64,000 nucleotides of DNA from the IMG/VR virus record IMGVR_UViG_3300007735_001031, positions 8,349 through 72,348 of that record; one strand, 5' to 3'. The position numbers and the translations under genes are program-made. Shown one piece after another: positions 15,915-25,323 of the stretch. The notes beneath the pieces were generated by a model that ran no database searches, was not told the DNA's origin, and saw nothing but the letters and a program-made list of their open reading frames with translations. The stretch comes from a virus. Positions within the stretch are counted from its first letter, which is position 1, and every line of letters starts with the position of its first letter.

Positions 15915-16335
15915 TTTTGTATTCCTCTGCTGAGTAGATGAAATCTTGACCGATTGAGTATTCTATAAAATCTGGATACTCCAGCTGCTTAATTACATAC
16001 TGATTATATTTATCTGTTTGCTTTGGCGTCTCCACTACGATAAAAGCTTTATCAAGCATGGGAGACATTCGCCAATTAAGATCCGCTAAGGATTCTTTCA
16101 TATAAACAATATCACCAACTTTGAATTTAGTTTTTGAGAACTTAATCATAAGCTTCTCAATAACGGAACTTGTTTTCGATACAATCTCCACAAACGAAGG
16201 AGAGTCCCTTCTGCTTTCTCGCATTTGGGAAATAATCTCGGCAATAGAGGCATGATTCTCCTCGTTCGCTCGCTTCTTTTCCCGCGAGATCGCGCGCAAG
16301 AGCGAGATTATATCTTCCTTGCTGGACGGCCACAT
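15880..16335 (-). CDS. hypothetical protein with SH3/KOW-like C-terminus
   Basis: FKVGDIVY motif. Confidence 0.6.
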   Translation of the reverse strand: MWPSSKEDIISLLRAISREKKRANEENHASIAEIISQMRESRRDSPSFVEIVSKTSSVIEKLMIKFSKTKFKVGDIVYMKESLADLNWRMSPMLDKAFIVVETPKQTDKYNQYVIKQLEYPDFIEYSIGQDFIYSAEEYKNEEARTTVQDR

Positions 16336-16355
16336 GACGCTTCTTTCCCATGGGA

Positions 16356-16988
16356 TTACCCCTTTTTGGTCTTGATTACATTTACAGCCGACTCGGGCAG
16401 GCTGAAAGTTTGTTGATGCTCCATCGCAGTCGTATCAATCACAACATAGTGATTGGTGAATTCACGGCTGGCGTTCTTGACGCACTCCAGTACCAGAAGG
16501 GGATTACCCATCTGGCTCTTGAACTGCGAACGATTACGCTGAGTATCCCGCAGGATACACATTTCGCCAACACTGAAACGGAATGGAGCCTTGTGATTAC
16601 CGATCACTCGCTTTGCCCAATCGGAAGCCACGCTCTTCTCAAAGATTTCCTTGGAAGGAACCCAGCCAGCTTCCTTGTAGCCCTTGGCCAGACGGCTGGT
16701 AGGATAATGCTTCTCGTAATACTGACCCATGATTTGGAGATCCTCCCGCATTTCATCGGTAAAGGAATTCACCCAAGCCTGTTCCTCCGCGAGCACATCC
16801 TCAGCGGGGAAACACTCAGCCCAAAACTTATCGACATAAGTAATCTGCTTCTCAGAAAGATCCTTACGCTTTGCCTGCTCGAGCATAGACTCGACAAAGC
16901 TCTTGGAACTCGCACGCAGACGAGGGGACGAAACAATCTTCTCAAGTCTCTCAACATTAGTCATTGTAATCTCCATAGGACAGGACAC
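16356..16988 (-). CDS. hypothetical early protein
   Basis: SFVESML...LSEKQ motif, SH3-like C-terminus; own promoter. Confidence 0.75.
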   Translation of the reverse strand: MSCPMEITMTNVERLEKIVSSPRLRASSKSFVESMLEQAKRKDLSEKQITYVDKFWAECFPAEDVLAEEQAWVNSFTDEMREDLQIMGQYYEKHYPTSRLAKGYKEAGWVPSKEIFEKSVASDWAKRVIGNHKAPFRFSVGEMCILRDTQRNRSQFKSQMGNPLLVLECVKNASREFTNHYVVIDTTAMEHQQTFSLPESAVNVIKTKKG

Positions 16989-17007
16989 CTAACCAACCAA
17001 CACCCCC

Positions 17008-17036
17008 ATCATAGAGGCTGGTTAATTAGGCGTCAA
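17008..17036 (-). promoter_or_regulatory. sigma70 promoter
   Basis: TTGACG-cctaattaaccagcctc(17)-TATGAT. Confidence 0.75.
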
Positions 17037-17052
17037 GTCCCAGGTTAAAGTT

Positions 17053-18303
17053 TTAGTTTGCCTTCTTCTTTTCTACCACAATCATCATCTCACTCGGACG
17101 AGGATCAAAGTAAGGACGATTCGCACATTCCTTCGTGGTCATCCACATACGCGAACAACGCGAAGGGATTGGCTTTTCTGCCATCATATCGGTAAGGATG
17201 ATGTGCCCGTCGAACTGACGATTCTCATTCACATACTTGGTAGGAGAAGAAAAGTTCGTACCACCGCAAAGCACACGCTCACGCTTACGATTCTCGCCCT
17301 TCTTCCACACATACACCTTATCGACGAACACTTGATCGTCAAAGGGAACAACGGTGAAGGTTGCGAGCTTCGCCAGAGAGTTCAACTCAGCAAAGAACAT
17401 CGAAAGCATTTCATCACTCACCGAGCCAGACTGGTCGATGGAGATTGCGATGTTGGCGATACGATTGACCTTTCGGCCAGGATTTACCGACACAACATTG
17501 ATGCTGTTGGCGTAAGCGTGAGTGCGCTTATCAATACGGCGACGAGTGTTGGACTTATCCGCCTTCTGAGCACGACCGATGAACAGACGAAGAATACGCT
17601 TCCAATCCACATAGGATTCCAAAGCCTTCTTGATTTCCTCACGGGTCTTGTAGGACATGGAACCCCAGCCCTTCTGATCGGCCTTCTCCGCAGCTTCCTT
17701 CAGATACTCCTTAACACGCTCGTTGGCGGTTTCGGCTTCCATTCCGTCGCCCGAACCTTCGGCCCAATTGCCGTGATCGTCGAACTGGCCGGAATCATCA
17801 ACTCCGCCCATACCTTGACCTTTACCATTCCCGCCACCGCCATTCGGATCAAGCTCAACCTTCTCGAGAATCTTGCGGAAGTAGAACTCAGCCGACTGCT
17901 CGCTAGGGAAATCCTCAAAGGACTTACCACCGGGAATACAGCAATTCTCGGGCAGATTATCGGCACCAATCAGACAGTTAATCGACAGGTCAGTAGCGAT
18001 ATTCCATAGCTTAAAGAAACGCTCTGGCTCACGGATAACCTGAGCAGGACGACGATTCGACACATGACGAAAGACAAGGTGATAGAACTCGTGGATGATA
18101 ACACCACGACGCTGCTGCTCGGTCAGCTTCTCAAAGAAATCGGGATTGTAGAGGAACTCATACTGCATAGCTTCACGGTTCAAGCCGACAGCCGCAGTAG
18201 GAATAGAAGTAGTGGAATTCTTCTCGATACGACGAGAAAGAGCAGCAAAGAAAGGCTCGTCCTTGAGCAGACGGGCAATATCAATATTAAGATCGTAAGA
18301 CAT
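17053..18303 (-). CDS. metallopeptidase-vWA protein (DUF2201 family)
   Basis: PTAAV, HEFYH, WNIATD..IN, MIDAS DQSGS, GGT.F, LTD. Confidence 0.9.
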   Translation of the reverse strand: MSYDLNIDIARLLKDEPFFAALSRRIEKNSTTSIPTAAVGLNREAMQYEFLYNPDFFEKLTEQQRRGVIIHEFYHLVFRHVSNRRPAQVIREPERFFKLWNIATDLSINCLIGADNLPENCCIPGGKSFEDFPSEQSAEFYFRKILEKVELDPNGGGGNGKGQGMGGVDDSGQFDDHGNWAEGSGDGMEAETANERVKEYLKEAAEKADQKGWGSMSYKTREEIKKALESYVDWKRILRLFIGRAQKADKSNTRRRIDKRTHAYANSINVVSVNPGRKVNRIANIAISIDQSGSVSDEMLSMFFAELNSLAKLATFTVVPFDDQVFVDKVYVWKKGENRKRERVLCGGTNFSSPTKYVNENRQFDGHIILTDMMAEKPIPSRCSRMWMTTKECANRPYFDPRPSEMMIVVEKKKAN

Positions 18304-18338
18304 TTTACACCTGTGAGGTGAGGGGTTGAACTTGATAC

Positions 18339-18380
18339 AAGACTACCACCCTGATAGTTTCCCGTCAAGGTGGTAGTCTT
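18339..18380 (-). promoter_or_regulatory. sigma70 promoter inside a 12-bp hairpin
   Basis: TTGACG-N17-TAGTCT (18368-18340); stem arms 18339-18350 and 18369-18380. Confidence 0.65.
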
Positions 18381-18396
18381 ATTGTTTAGGATTTGA

Positions 18397-19482
18397 TTAC
18401 TGAGCGACCTTCTTGCCGGTCAGAATCTGAACCGCATAGAGCGAAGCCAGACCCTTCGAAGTCTGCTGCTTCATAACCAGCGGATTGTTGAGCTTACCGA
18501 AGATACCGCCCATCTTGGTAGCGGCCTCGGAAGGCAGATTGACATAGTACTCGGCCACATTCTTGGCTTCGTCAGCGGTCAGCTGCGAATCGAATACCTT
18601 GCTCGCGCCCAGCTTCTCAATCAGAGCGAGGTGCTCATTCAGAGAAAACTTCTTGGTGAGCTTAAGCGCCTTACCATTCAGCACTTCCTCAACCTTGACC
18701 TGACGATCGTAGTTGCGAACGAAATCCACGAACGCGGTGGAAGCCTCAAAGCCAACGAAACCTTGAACGATAGCTTGGAGTTCGGGAGTCGCACCCTTAT
18801 CCAGCATCTTTGCCTTCGTCAGAGCGACTGAAGCGCGAGCCCACGACCGACGCGAAGGATAAACCTTGTTCGGCTCAAAGGTATCGGCGTGCTCAAGGTG
18901 AGCACGGTTGTTATTGATGAAGTCCCAGATTTCGCCAGCGACGTTATCCTTGGCCCAAGTCAGCCAATCCTCAACGGTCGGCTCCACATCGACGCACCAA
19001 TAGCGGTCAAGCTCGGCAACGTCCATATCGGAAACCTGATAGTTAGCGCCGTGGATACCGCCGTTGACTGCGGCAAACATCAGCGTATCAGCGTGAAGGT
19101 GCTTGCCAGCCAGCTTGCGGGAATCCATCAGCTCGAAAAGACCTTGGCGAACTTCCATCGCACCACGATCAACCTCGTCGAAGAACAGCACAACGCCACG
19201 CTCGCAAGCGTCTTGGAACCAGTCCGAAGCCGCCCACTTCGTAACCAAAGCGGTCTTGCGCTGTTCCAGCGTAGGCAGACCGATCAAATCGCCTTCGGTC
19301 ATCTGTGAAGCGCGACGCTCGATAACCTCCATCTTGCGACGATCCGAGAACTGATAGATGAGCTGCGACTTACCGATGCCGTGGCGACCACGGATCAGAA
19401 CAGGGAGCCGAGCGTCAGCAACAGCGTCCACGATAGCGTTGAAAGTACCGAAAGAAATAGTAGCCATAATAATAAACCTCAA
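18397..19482 (-). CDS. MoxR-like AAA+ ATPase
   Basis: Walker A GRHGIGKS, Walker B FFDE, D.A.LDR. Confidence 0.92.
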   Translation of the reverse strand: MRFIIMATISFGTFNAIVDAVADARLPVLIRGRHGIGKSQLIYQFSDRRKMEVIERRASQMTEGDLIGLPTLEQRKTALVTKWAASDWFQDACERGVVLFFDEVDRGAMEVRQGLFELMDSRKLAGKHLHADTLMFAAVNGGIHGANYQVSDMDVAELDRYWCVDVEPTVEDWLTWAKDNVAGEIWDFINNNRAHLEHADTFEPNKVYPSRRSWARASVALTKAKMLDKGATPELQAIVQGFVGFEASTAFVDFVRNYDRQVKVEEVLNGKALKLTKKFSLNEHLALIEKLGASKVFDSQLTADEAKNVAEYYVNLPSEAATKMGGIFGKLNNPLVMKQQTSKGLASLYAVQILTGKKVAQ

Positions 19483-19529
19483 AGGGTTAAGAGTCAGAGA
19501 GAGTGCCCCGAACCGCTCAGGACACCCCC

Positions 19530-19558
19530 ATCATAGGGGAGAGTTAATTACCTGTCAA
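19530..19558 (-). promoter_or_regulatory. sigma70 promoter
   Basis: TTGACA-ggtaattaactctcccc(17)-TATGAT. Confidence 0.8.
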
Positions 19559-20241
19559 GCCGGTGCAACAACCTCGCTGCTTCCAGCCTTAAATTTGTAT
19601 CCAGCCTTGAAGAACTCTTCTGCTGAACTAAACTTCATAATTGGACTTGAGTAGCAAGCCATCTTGTTCTTCATCTTATCAATCTCAGCTGGATCCGCTT
19701 TGCTGATAATACTTACATTCTTAGAAGTTGGCTTTGGAGCATAGAAAGAATGGTATGGAAGATAGATCTTTTGTACTCTCTCATTAGCAGTATCAACAGC
19801 ATCAACGGCAAACCAGTTTCTTTGGCTACCATTAACGAGTTCGTTGATAAAGCGGGTGAAAGTATATGGCCTGAAATCTCCGATTACAACCATCTTCTCT
19901 TCTTTATTACGCGAGTTCCAACGATACTCATTCGCCATACCATTAAGCATGGCTCCGGGACCAAAGCCAATCTCGTGCAGCCATTCAAAAGCCTTATCAA
20001 GATCACTAATCTCGGCTGAGAGTTTGGCTTTATGGTCGTTAAACTTCTTTGAACACTTGGTAGAGGCGTGGTTCATACCAGCGCAGTACCCACATACCCG
20101 CTTACCACCCGAGTCCATCTTAGCTTTCATCTTAACCGCTCTCATTCTACCCGCAGTTAGAGCTGCCTTGTAATAGGAACAAGAATCGATTGTGTGGCCG
20201 GTTTGCCACCGACCACACCACTTACAATTAATAGTAGCCAT
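19555..20241 (-). CDS. double CCHC zinc-knuckle protein
   Basis: CKWC..GHTIDSC and CGYCAGMNHASTKC. Confidence 0.75.
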   Translation of the reverse strand: MATINCKWCGRWQTGHTIDSCSYYKAALTAGRMRAVKMKAKMDSGGKRVCGYCAGMNHASTKCSKKFNDHKAKLSAEISDLDKAFEWLHEIGFGPGAMLNGMANEYRWNSRNKEEKMVVIGDFRPYTFTRFINELVNGSQRNWFAVDAVDTANERVQKIYLPYHSFYAPKPTSKNVSIISKADPAEIDKMKNKMACYSSPIMKFSSAEEFFKAGYKFKAGSSEVVAPA

Positions 20242-21038
20242 TAATCACCTTTTTCAGCCTTCTTGGCTGCTCTGATAGCGCGTTGATAACTCTTACGATC
20301 TGGATGCTTTAGAATCTCTGGCTTGCTGCCGAGAATAACATTCACAGCCTTCTCGACTTCCTCATCACTCGCAGGAAGAATAACTTGCGTTAGATCCTTC
20401 ATGTTCTGCCGACCAGACATGACCCGAGTGTAGCCTTGAGCATCATTGTCGCGCAACCACTGCTTTTGACCATCAGGGAATTCAGCTTGCATGGTAGCAA
20501 CAGCCTCATAAAGACCTGGAACGGGAACAGTATTACGGAACTCATTGCGAGCTTCAGTTGGTTCAGCAAGCGTAGCACAACGAATCAACGAAGAAGCTTC
20601 GTTGGTGAAGTAGCTTGGTCTAATCTTTACAAAATCAGTTACCGTGTAATTCACAAGCTCATAGCTATGATCGCTATCAGGCATGGAGTTCGAATAAAAC
20701 ATCATGGGACCATAAACGAAAGCGCCCGTAGCCAGCTTGAGATTCTTGATAACCTCAGCCACGCCAACCATACCAGCCCATTCCTTTTGGGCTCTATCGT
20801 GATCGTCGCGATAAAGCTTTTCGCAAGTGGTCTTGGTGTGATCCGTACCATTACAATACGAGCACTTCTTAACCGCTGCTCGCTCAACAACTCTTTGGGC
20901 GTAGGTATCGCCGTTTGCCGCAGCCTGCTTCGCAGTCGGGCAGTTATTACGATTGTGTCCCTGATTGTAGCAATAACTACAGCGCGGGCTTCTCTTCACC
21001 AAACTCATTTGTATCCTCTTCGTCTTTGGTTTCTTCAA
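20241..21038 (-). CDS. double CCHC zinc-knuckle protein (paralog)
   Basis: CSYCYNQGHNRNNC and CSYCNGTDHTKTTC; likely start ATG 21008. Confidence 0.75.
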   Translation of the reverse strand: MKKPKTKRIQMSLVKRSPRCSYCYNQGHNRNNCPTAKQAAANGDTYAQRVVERAAVKKCSYCNGTDHTKTTCEKLYRDDHDRAQKEWAGMVGVAEVIKNLKLATGAFVYGPMMFYSNSMPDSDHSYELVNYTVTDFVKIRPSYFTNEASSLIRCATLAEPTEARNEFRNTVPVPGLYEAVATMQAEFPDGQKQWLRDNDAQGYTRVMSGRQNMKDLTQVILPASDEEVEKAVNVILGSKPEILKHPDRKSYQRAIRAAKKAEKGD

Positions 21039-21327
21039 TTAGGTCTTCAACCAGCATCGCAACATCATCGAAACTATAAACTGAAGTCTCGGTTGGCCAA
21101 CCATTTTCTGGAAGGGCTGCTAGTGTTTGAAATACATACGGCTCAAACTCTGGCTGTAGAATGAGCATTACCTTTGGATTCTCCGCCATCATATAGAAGA
21201 ATCCATCATCATACTTCCATGTGCCATGCTTACCGGCTTTCTCGTTCAAATCACGAAGCATCTTGTGCTTCACGTTTGTATGAAAGTCCTTCTGTCGATT
21301 TAGAAATTCTTGTAGTGTGTTTAACAT
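20977..21327 (-). CDS. hypothetical protein
   Basis: SD AGGAG; first gene after promoter. Confidence 0.7.
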   Translation of the reverse strand: MLNTLQEFLNRQKDFHTNVKHKMLRDLNEKAGKHGTWKYDDGFFYMMAENPKVMLILQPEFEPYVFQTLAALPENGWPTETSVYSFDDVAMLVEDLIEETKDEEDTNEFGEEKPAL

Positions 21328-21354
21328 CGTCTGCTCCTGCTGTTCAGTCCCTAC

Positions 21355-21383
21355 AGCATAGAGCAGAGTTAATTACGTGTCAA
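21355..21383 (-). promoter_or_regulatory. sigma70 promoter
   Basis: TTGACA-cgtaattaactctgctc(17)-TATGCT. Confidence 0.8.
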
Positions 21384-21387
21384 GCGG

Positions 21388-22449
21388 CTAACCAATGTCA
21401 GATGGTTTTGGCTCTACAACTCCGGGCTTCTTTTCTCTTTTAACCGGGGCTGCTTCTGGCTCCAAAGAAGTTAAATCTTCACGAACATCTAGGAAGTTAA
21501 TAACTGCTTTAAGCACATCCAAAAGCATCGTTACGTCAGCAAGAGCATCATGCCAGCCCTTATTTTCTACGTCAAATGCCTTGATGATCTTTCCAAGAGA
21601 TACAGACAATTTGCCTTTATCTGTTGTCATTGCATTAAGAATCTTTGCGTCTTGCTCTGAAAGTTCTTTTCCGGCCTCTCTATTTGCCTTAAACATTTTT
21701 AGAGCTGGTGTTAAGAACTTTCTAAAGATCACAACTGTATCAACAGAAATGTCGTCTGGTGGTTCTCTACCAATTCTTTGATACATGTTATTTAAAAATC
21801 CAACGTCGAATGGAGCGTTTTGAGCTACCAATACTCTATCCGGGTATTTATCCAAGAACTCTGTAAACGATCTAAGAGCTTCGCCCATTCTCATAAATGG
21901 CGCTCCCTCTGGTACTTCTTCCATAGAGATATCTTCTTTGCCGGGCATTTCTTTTGCCTGTAAGAATGCTTTTCTTCTTGCTTTCTCTGGATCTCTTGAA
22001 ACTCCATATTGGGTCATAGAGAAAATATCTTCTATGCCTTTGAACTTTGAGGGCTCTTGTCTAACTCTTTTAACGCCAGGGCGTACTTCTACACCGGCAG
22101 CGCGAGCAGCTGCTAGTTTCTCTGCTTTCTTGCCGCGATCCCAATCCATAAATCCACGGGTTCTTTGACCTAGTTGGATCTTTACATTAAATTTCTCGAG
22201 GATTTCTGGATCTGCGTCCCAATTCTTTACATCAACAGCGATCGCTGCTATTTGAGTAACTTGGTGAAAATCTTTTTCTGCTGAAAGACCTGTCGTTTCT
22301 GTGTCATAGAAGATCCAAGTTTTATTTGATGCTTCTTTCATTAGCTCTCTCATTTCTTGGAATGAGGAGCCATATTGTTCATATTCCATTACATCTTCAT
22401 TAATGGTCTTTTTAAAAGATCTCCAGTTCTCAAATAGTTTCTGATACAT
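21388..22449 (-). CDS. DEDDh 3'-5' exonuclease (DnaQ-like) with N-terminal leader
   Basis: YDTETTG, AQNAPFD, HDALAD. Confidence 0.9.
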   Translation of the reverse strand: MYQKLFENWRSFKKTINEDVMEYEQYGSSFQEMRELMKEASNKTWIFYDTETTGLSAEKDFHQVTQIAAIAVDVKNWDADPEILEKFNVKIQLGQRTRGFMDWDRGKKAEKLAAARAAGVEVRPGVKRVRQEPSKFKGIEDIFSMTQYGVSRDPEKARRKAFLQAKEMPGKEDISMEEVPEGAPFMRMGEALRSFTEFLDKYPDRVLVAQNAPFDVGFLNNMYQRIGREPPDDISVDTVVIFRKFLTPALKMFKANREAGKELSEQDAKILNAMTTDKGKLSVSLGKIIKAFDVENKGWHDALADVTMLLDVLKAVINFLDVREDLTSLEPEAAPVKREKKPGVVEPKPSDIG

Positions 22450-22473
22450 TAAATTTCTCCTACTAGTACTAAA

Positions 22474-22992
22474 CTAATTAGTAGGCAGAAGAGCATTCAT
22501 CGCATTGTGCATCAAAATACCACTGGCTGTTCCTACGTTCAGACTTCTAACAGAACCTCTCATCCCGATATAAACAAAGTCATCGCAGAGATCGAGGATT
22601 TCATTATTCAACCCCTTTGTCTCTTCCCCGAAAATAAATAGAGATCCAGGCTTGATCTGGTAGTCGGCAACATTGATACAAGGTCTATCAATATTACATT
22701 CAATAGCTACAAGCCTATACTCCTTCTTAAGCTCCTTGATATCATCAATTGACTTAAGATGAACTACATTTGTGTAATGATGGGTTCCAACTGAGCCTCT
22801 GCGATCCCAAGCCTTCTTGCCGAAGTAGAAGAACTTTTCACAGCCGAAAGCATTGGCGTTTCTAATAGCCGTTGAAATATTGAAGTCTCCTTCAACATGG
22901 CTCATCATACACGCATAAGGAAGCGTGTTAAGTTGAACGTCAGCCTTGATTAGCTCGGTCGTCCAATTAGCATACTTATTCAGAACGTTCAT
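22474..22992 (-). CDS. SpoU/TrmH-family RNA 2'-O-methyltransferase
   Basis: N...IRNANAFG, FGEETKGL, I.MRG.VRSLNV. Confidence 0.92.
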   Translation of the reverse strand: MNVLNKYANWTTELIKADVQLNTLPYACMMSHVEGDFNISTAIRNANAFGCEKFFYFGKKAWDRRGSVGTHHYTNVVHLKSIDDIKELKKEYRLVAIECNIDRPCINVADYQIKPGSLFIFGEETKGLNNEILDLCDDFVYIGMRGSVRSLNVGTASGILMHNAMNALLPTN

Positions 22993-23188
22993 TTAGAGAA
23001 TCCTTGTAATCAAAGTGTCCATACTTAGAACAATACTTTCCGCAGTATTGATCCGAAAATACAATAGGCCATACGCCACCCCCGTAGATGTCCCCCTTAG
23101 TAGGGGCGGAGTAGATACATACACCTATCAAACCATTTTCTACATCTTGTTTAAAGTAGATACAATTTTCACAACTAATCTTAGTCAT
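22976..23188 (-). CDS. small Cys-rich protein
   Basis: CENCIYF...C...WP.V...YCG. Confidence 0.65.
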   Translation of the reverse strand: MTKISCENCIYFKQDVENGLIGVCIYSAPTKGDIYGGGVWPIVFSDQYCGKYCSKYGHFDYKDSLNERSE

Positions 23189-23356
23189 AAAACCTCGAGA
23201 TCACTTAATTCGTCCAGAGAAAACCAAGCCGACACCGGCTTATCACTAGGGTCAGTGTAGCTGACCTCAATGTTCTTGTCAAACAGGACAGAAGAGACAA
23301 TACCTTCGACAATCATATCTCTTTGAAAGACACCATAAGCTGTTTTATATGGAACA

Positions 23357-23794
23357 TCACTCTTTTTTACTCTTACGAAGTCCCCCTGCTTTGGCAGGTT
23401 TAATTGCTTTTGGCTTTTTTGCATTCTTAACCTCGTTTTTATCTTTAACAAGGACTTTGGTTGTGCATTTAGCATTACACTTGTTATAAGTTGTTGGGAA
23501 ATCAATTGTCTTTTGTACCCACTCAATCATAGCTTCCTCGGTAGGGAATGATCCTGAGTAGATAACAGTTTCAGTAGATTTCTTATGATTATAACCCGTG
23601 CTTGCTGTATGCCAGTCCTTAAAAATTGGATCCAGGACTTTAGTATAGAGTCCTCTTTTAATTCCATCAACCTGGAACCTGTATTCTATTTCTTCTTTTC
23701 TTCTGTGATAAATCCAAATTACGCCGTGCATATTATACAAGAGGGGAGTGTTATCTCCCCTCCCTCCTAACTCTAAGTATGTAGGATTTTTCAT
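23357..23794 (-). CDS. hypothetical protein
   Basis: ORF coupled to Hsp20. Confidence 0.65.
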   Translation of the reverse strand: MKNPTYLELGGRGDNTPLLYNMHGVIWIYHRRKEEIEYRFQVDGIKRGLYTKVLDPIFKDWHTASTGYNHKKSTETVIYSGSFPTEEAMIEWVQKTIDFPTTYNKCNAKCTTKVLVKDKNEVKNAKKPKAIKPAKAGGLRKSKKE

Positions 23795-24159
23795 TAGTTC
23801 ACAAGGATGGTCTTCACTTTTAGAACTGGTGGCTTAACCTTTGGAACTGAGACAGTAAGAATACCGTCAACATAGTCGGCTTTAATGTTGTCGAAATCAA
23901 CATTTAGAACCTTCCAAGCTCTATCAAAAGATCCGGCGTATGGATTCTTTTTCTCCGGCTGATATGAAAGAATCAGAACTCCATTTTCTTTTACAGAAAC
24001 CTTGATATCTTCTTTCTTGGCTCCTGGAAGCGGAATAGTTGCAAGATAATGGTCTCCCTTGTCTACCAAATGATAAGTAGAGACATCGTGTCTATCATAG
24101 GAACCAAAAGAGCCATTCATAATTTCATCGAAAAGCTTTGAATTGTAATTATACCACAT
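23794..24159 (-). CDS. small heat-shock protein (Hsp20/alpha-crystallin)
   Basis: LPGAKKEDIKV, F.R, IKADYVDGILTVSVPK. Confidence 0.92.
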   Translation of the reverse strand: MWYNYNSKLFDEIMNGSFGSYDRHDVSTYHLVDKGDHYLATIPLPGAKKEDIKVSVKENGVLILSYQPEKKNPYAGSFDRAWKVLNVDFDNIKADYVDGILTVSVPKVKPPVLKVKTILVN

Positions 24160-24232
24160 TCTATTTCCTCCATGCATATACCCCCAGTAGGGGGGTAGTA
24201 GTAGTCTATACTAATCCGGCCCTAGCAGTCTG

Positions 24233-24967
24233 TCAAGTCTCATCAGGAAATTTTCCTATATAACCAGCATTTCTATAAAATTTCTTAAACATTTCAAGTT
24301 TTACATTAATTTTTGGATATGATTTTAATGTTTTCATCAATTCAGTTCTAATAAATAAAGTTTCAGCGTAAGTATTGAAATCGTTTTCTTCATTTGTTTT
24401 TCCATAGTTATACATAAACCCATCAGAATTAATAGAATTATCGCTTGTGTATGCAAAATAAAAATCTGTTAAACAATGATCATTAAATTCACTGGAGAAG
24501 TCGTATTTACTGCGAGAAATAGCTTTCCATTTTAAAATTAATTCGTATTGGTTTGCTTTAAAAACATCACTAGAGAACTCATGATGAAGAATTCTCAGAT
24601 AAACTTCTGTGAGATCACCACTATAATTATCTAAACAAACAAATATCATCCTACCATCACTAAGACCCCCTATATCAATTCCATTCTTTTTTAAGTTTTC
24701 AACCAATACAATCTGATCAATATGTTTTCTTAAAAAGCTGGTATCATAAGATGATATGAATTTTTTTAAGTAAGGAAAAAATATATCTAACTTATTTTTA
24801 GAGGCCCTTGTTCCATAAATATTTGATGCATATTCGCGAGTTTTATTTGGATTGCATGATACTTTAATTCCTGATTCGGCTGAGTAAAGATCAATTTCTC
24901 TAGTACATTCATAAGCAAAAACATTCGCGGGCAATAGTAAAAGTAAAAATAGAATAATTCTAAACAT
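24233..24967 (-). CDS. exported zincin-like metallopeptidase homolog
   Basis: Signal peptide, GG strand, ILHHEFSS (second His missing), YG..N.ENDF..YAE. Confidence 0.55.
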   Translation of the reverse strand: MFRIILFLLLLLPANVFAYECTREIDLYSAESGIKVSCNPNKTREYASNIYGTRASKNKLDIFFPYLKKFISSYDTSFLRKHIDQIVLVENLKKNGIDIGGLSDGRMIFVCLDNYSGDLTEVYLRILHHEFSSDVFKANQYELILKWKAISRSKYDFSSEFNDHCLTDFYFAYTSDNSINSDGFMYNYGKTNEENDFNTYAETLFIRTELMKTLKSYPKINVKLEMFKKFYRNAGYIGKFPDET

Positions 24968-25323
24968 TATTTTCCTTTAAAATAAAATTGAACATAGATA
25001 ATACAGATAACTAAAAGGGAAGTTATTATATTTCTATGTGTAAAAAATGGCTCATTAAAAAATATCTTTGATAGAGTATACATAGCCGGAAAAGAAGCGG
25101 CAAACATAATCCATCTTATCTGCCAAATGCTATGGGTTTCTTCAAATATATATCTTGACGCCAGCCAAAATAATATGTTTGAAGGAATGCCAAAAAGAAT
25201 GATTGCGTATAATGGACTGCTTTTCCATGACTCCCATAGAAACTGAGAGTTGCCGCCGAACCATGCTACACTGTGTCCTAGGATAGCTAGAAGGCAGCCT
25301 AGAAATAGTAGAGTATGATTCAT
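24967..25323 (-). CDS. small four-TM membrane protein (DMT/SMR-like topology)
   Basis: Four hydrophobic segments in 118 aa. Confidence 0.6.
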   Translation of the reverse strand: MNHTLLFLGCLLAILGHSVAWFGGNSQFLWESWKSSPLYAIILFGIPSNILFWLASRYIFEETHSIWQIRWIMFAASFPAMYTLSKIFFNEPFFTHRNIITSLLVICIIYVQFYFKGK

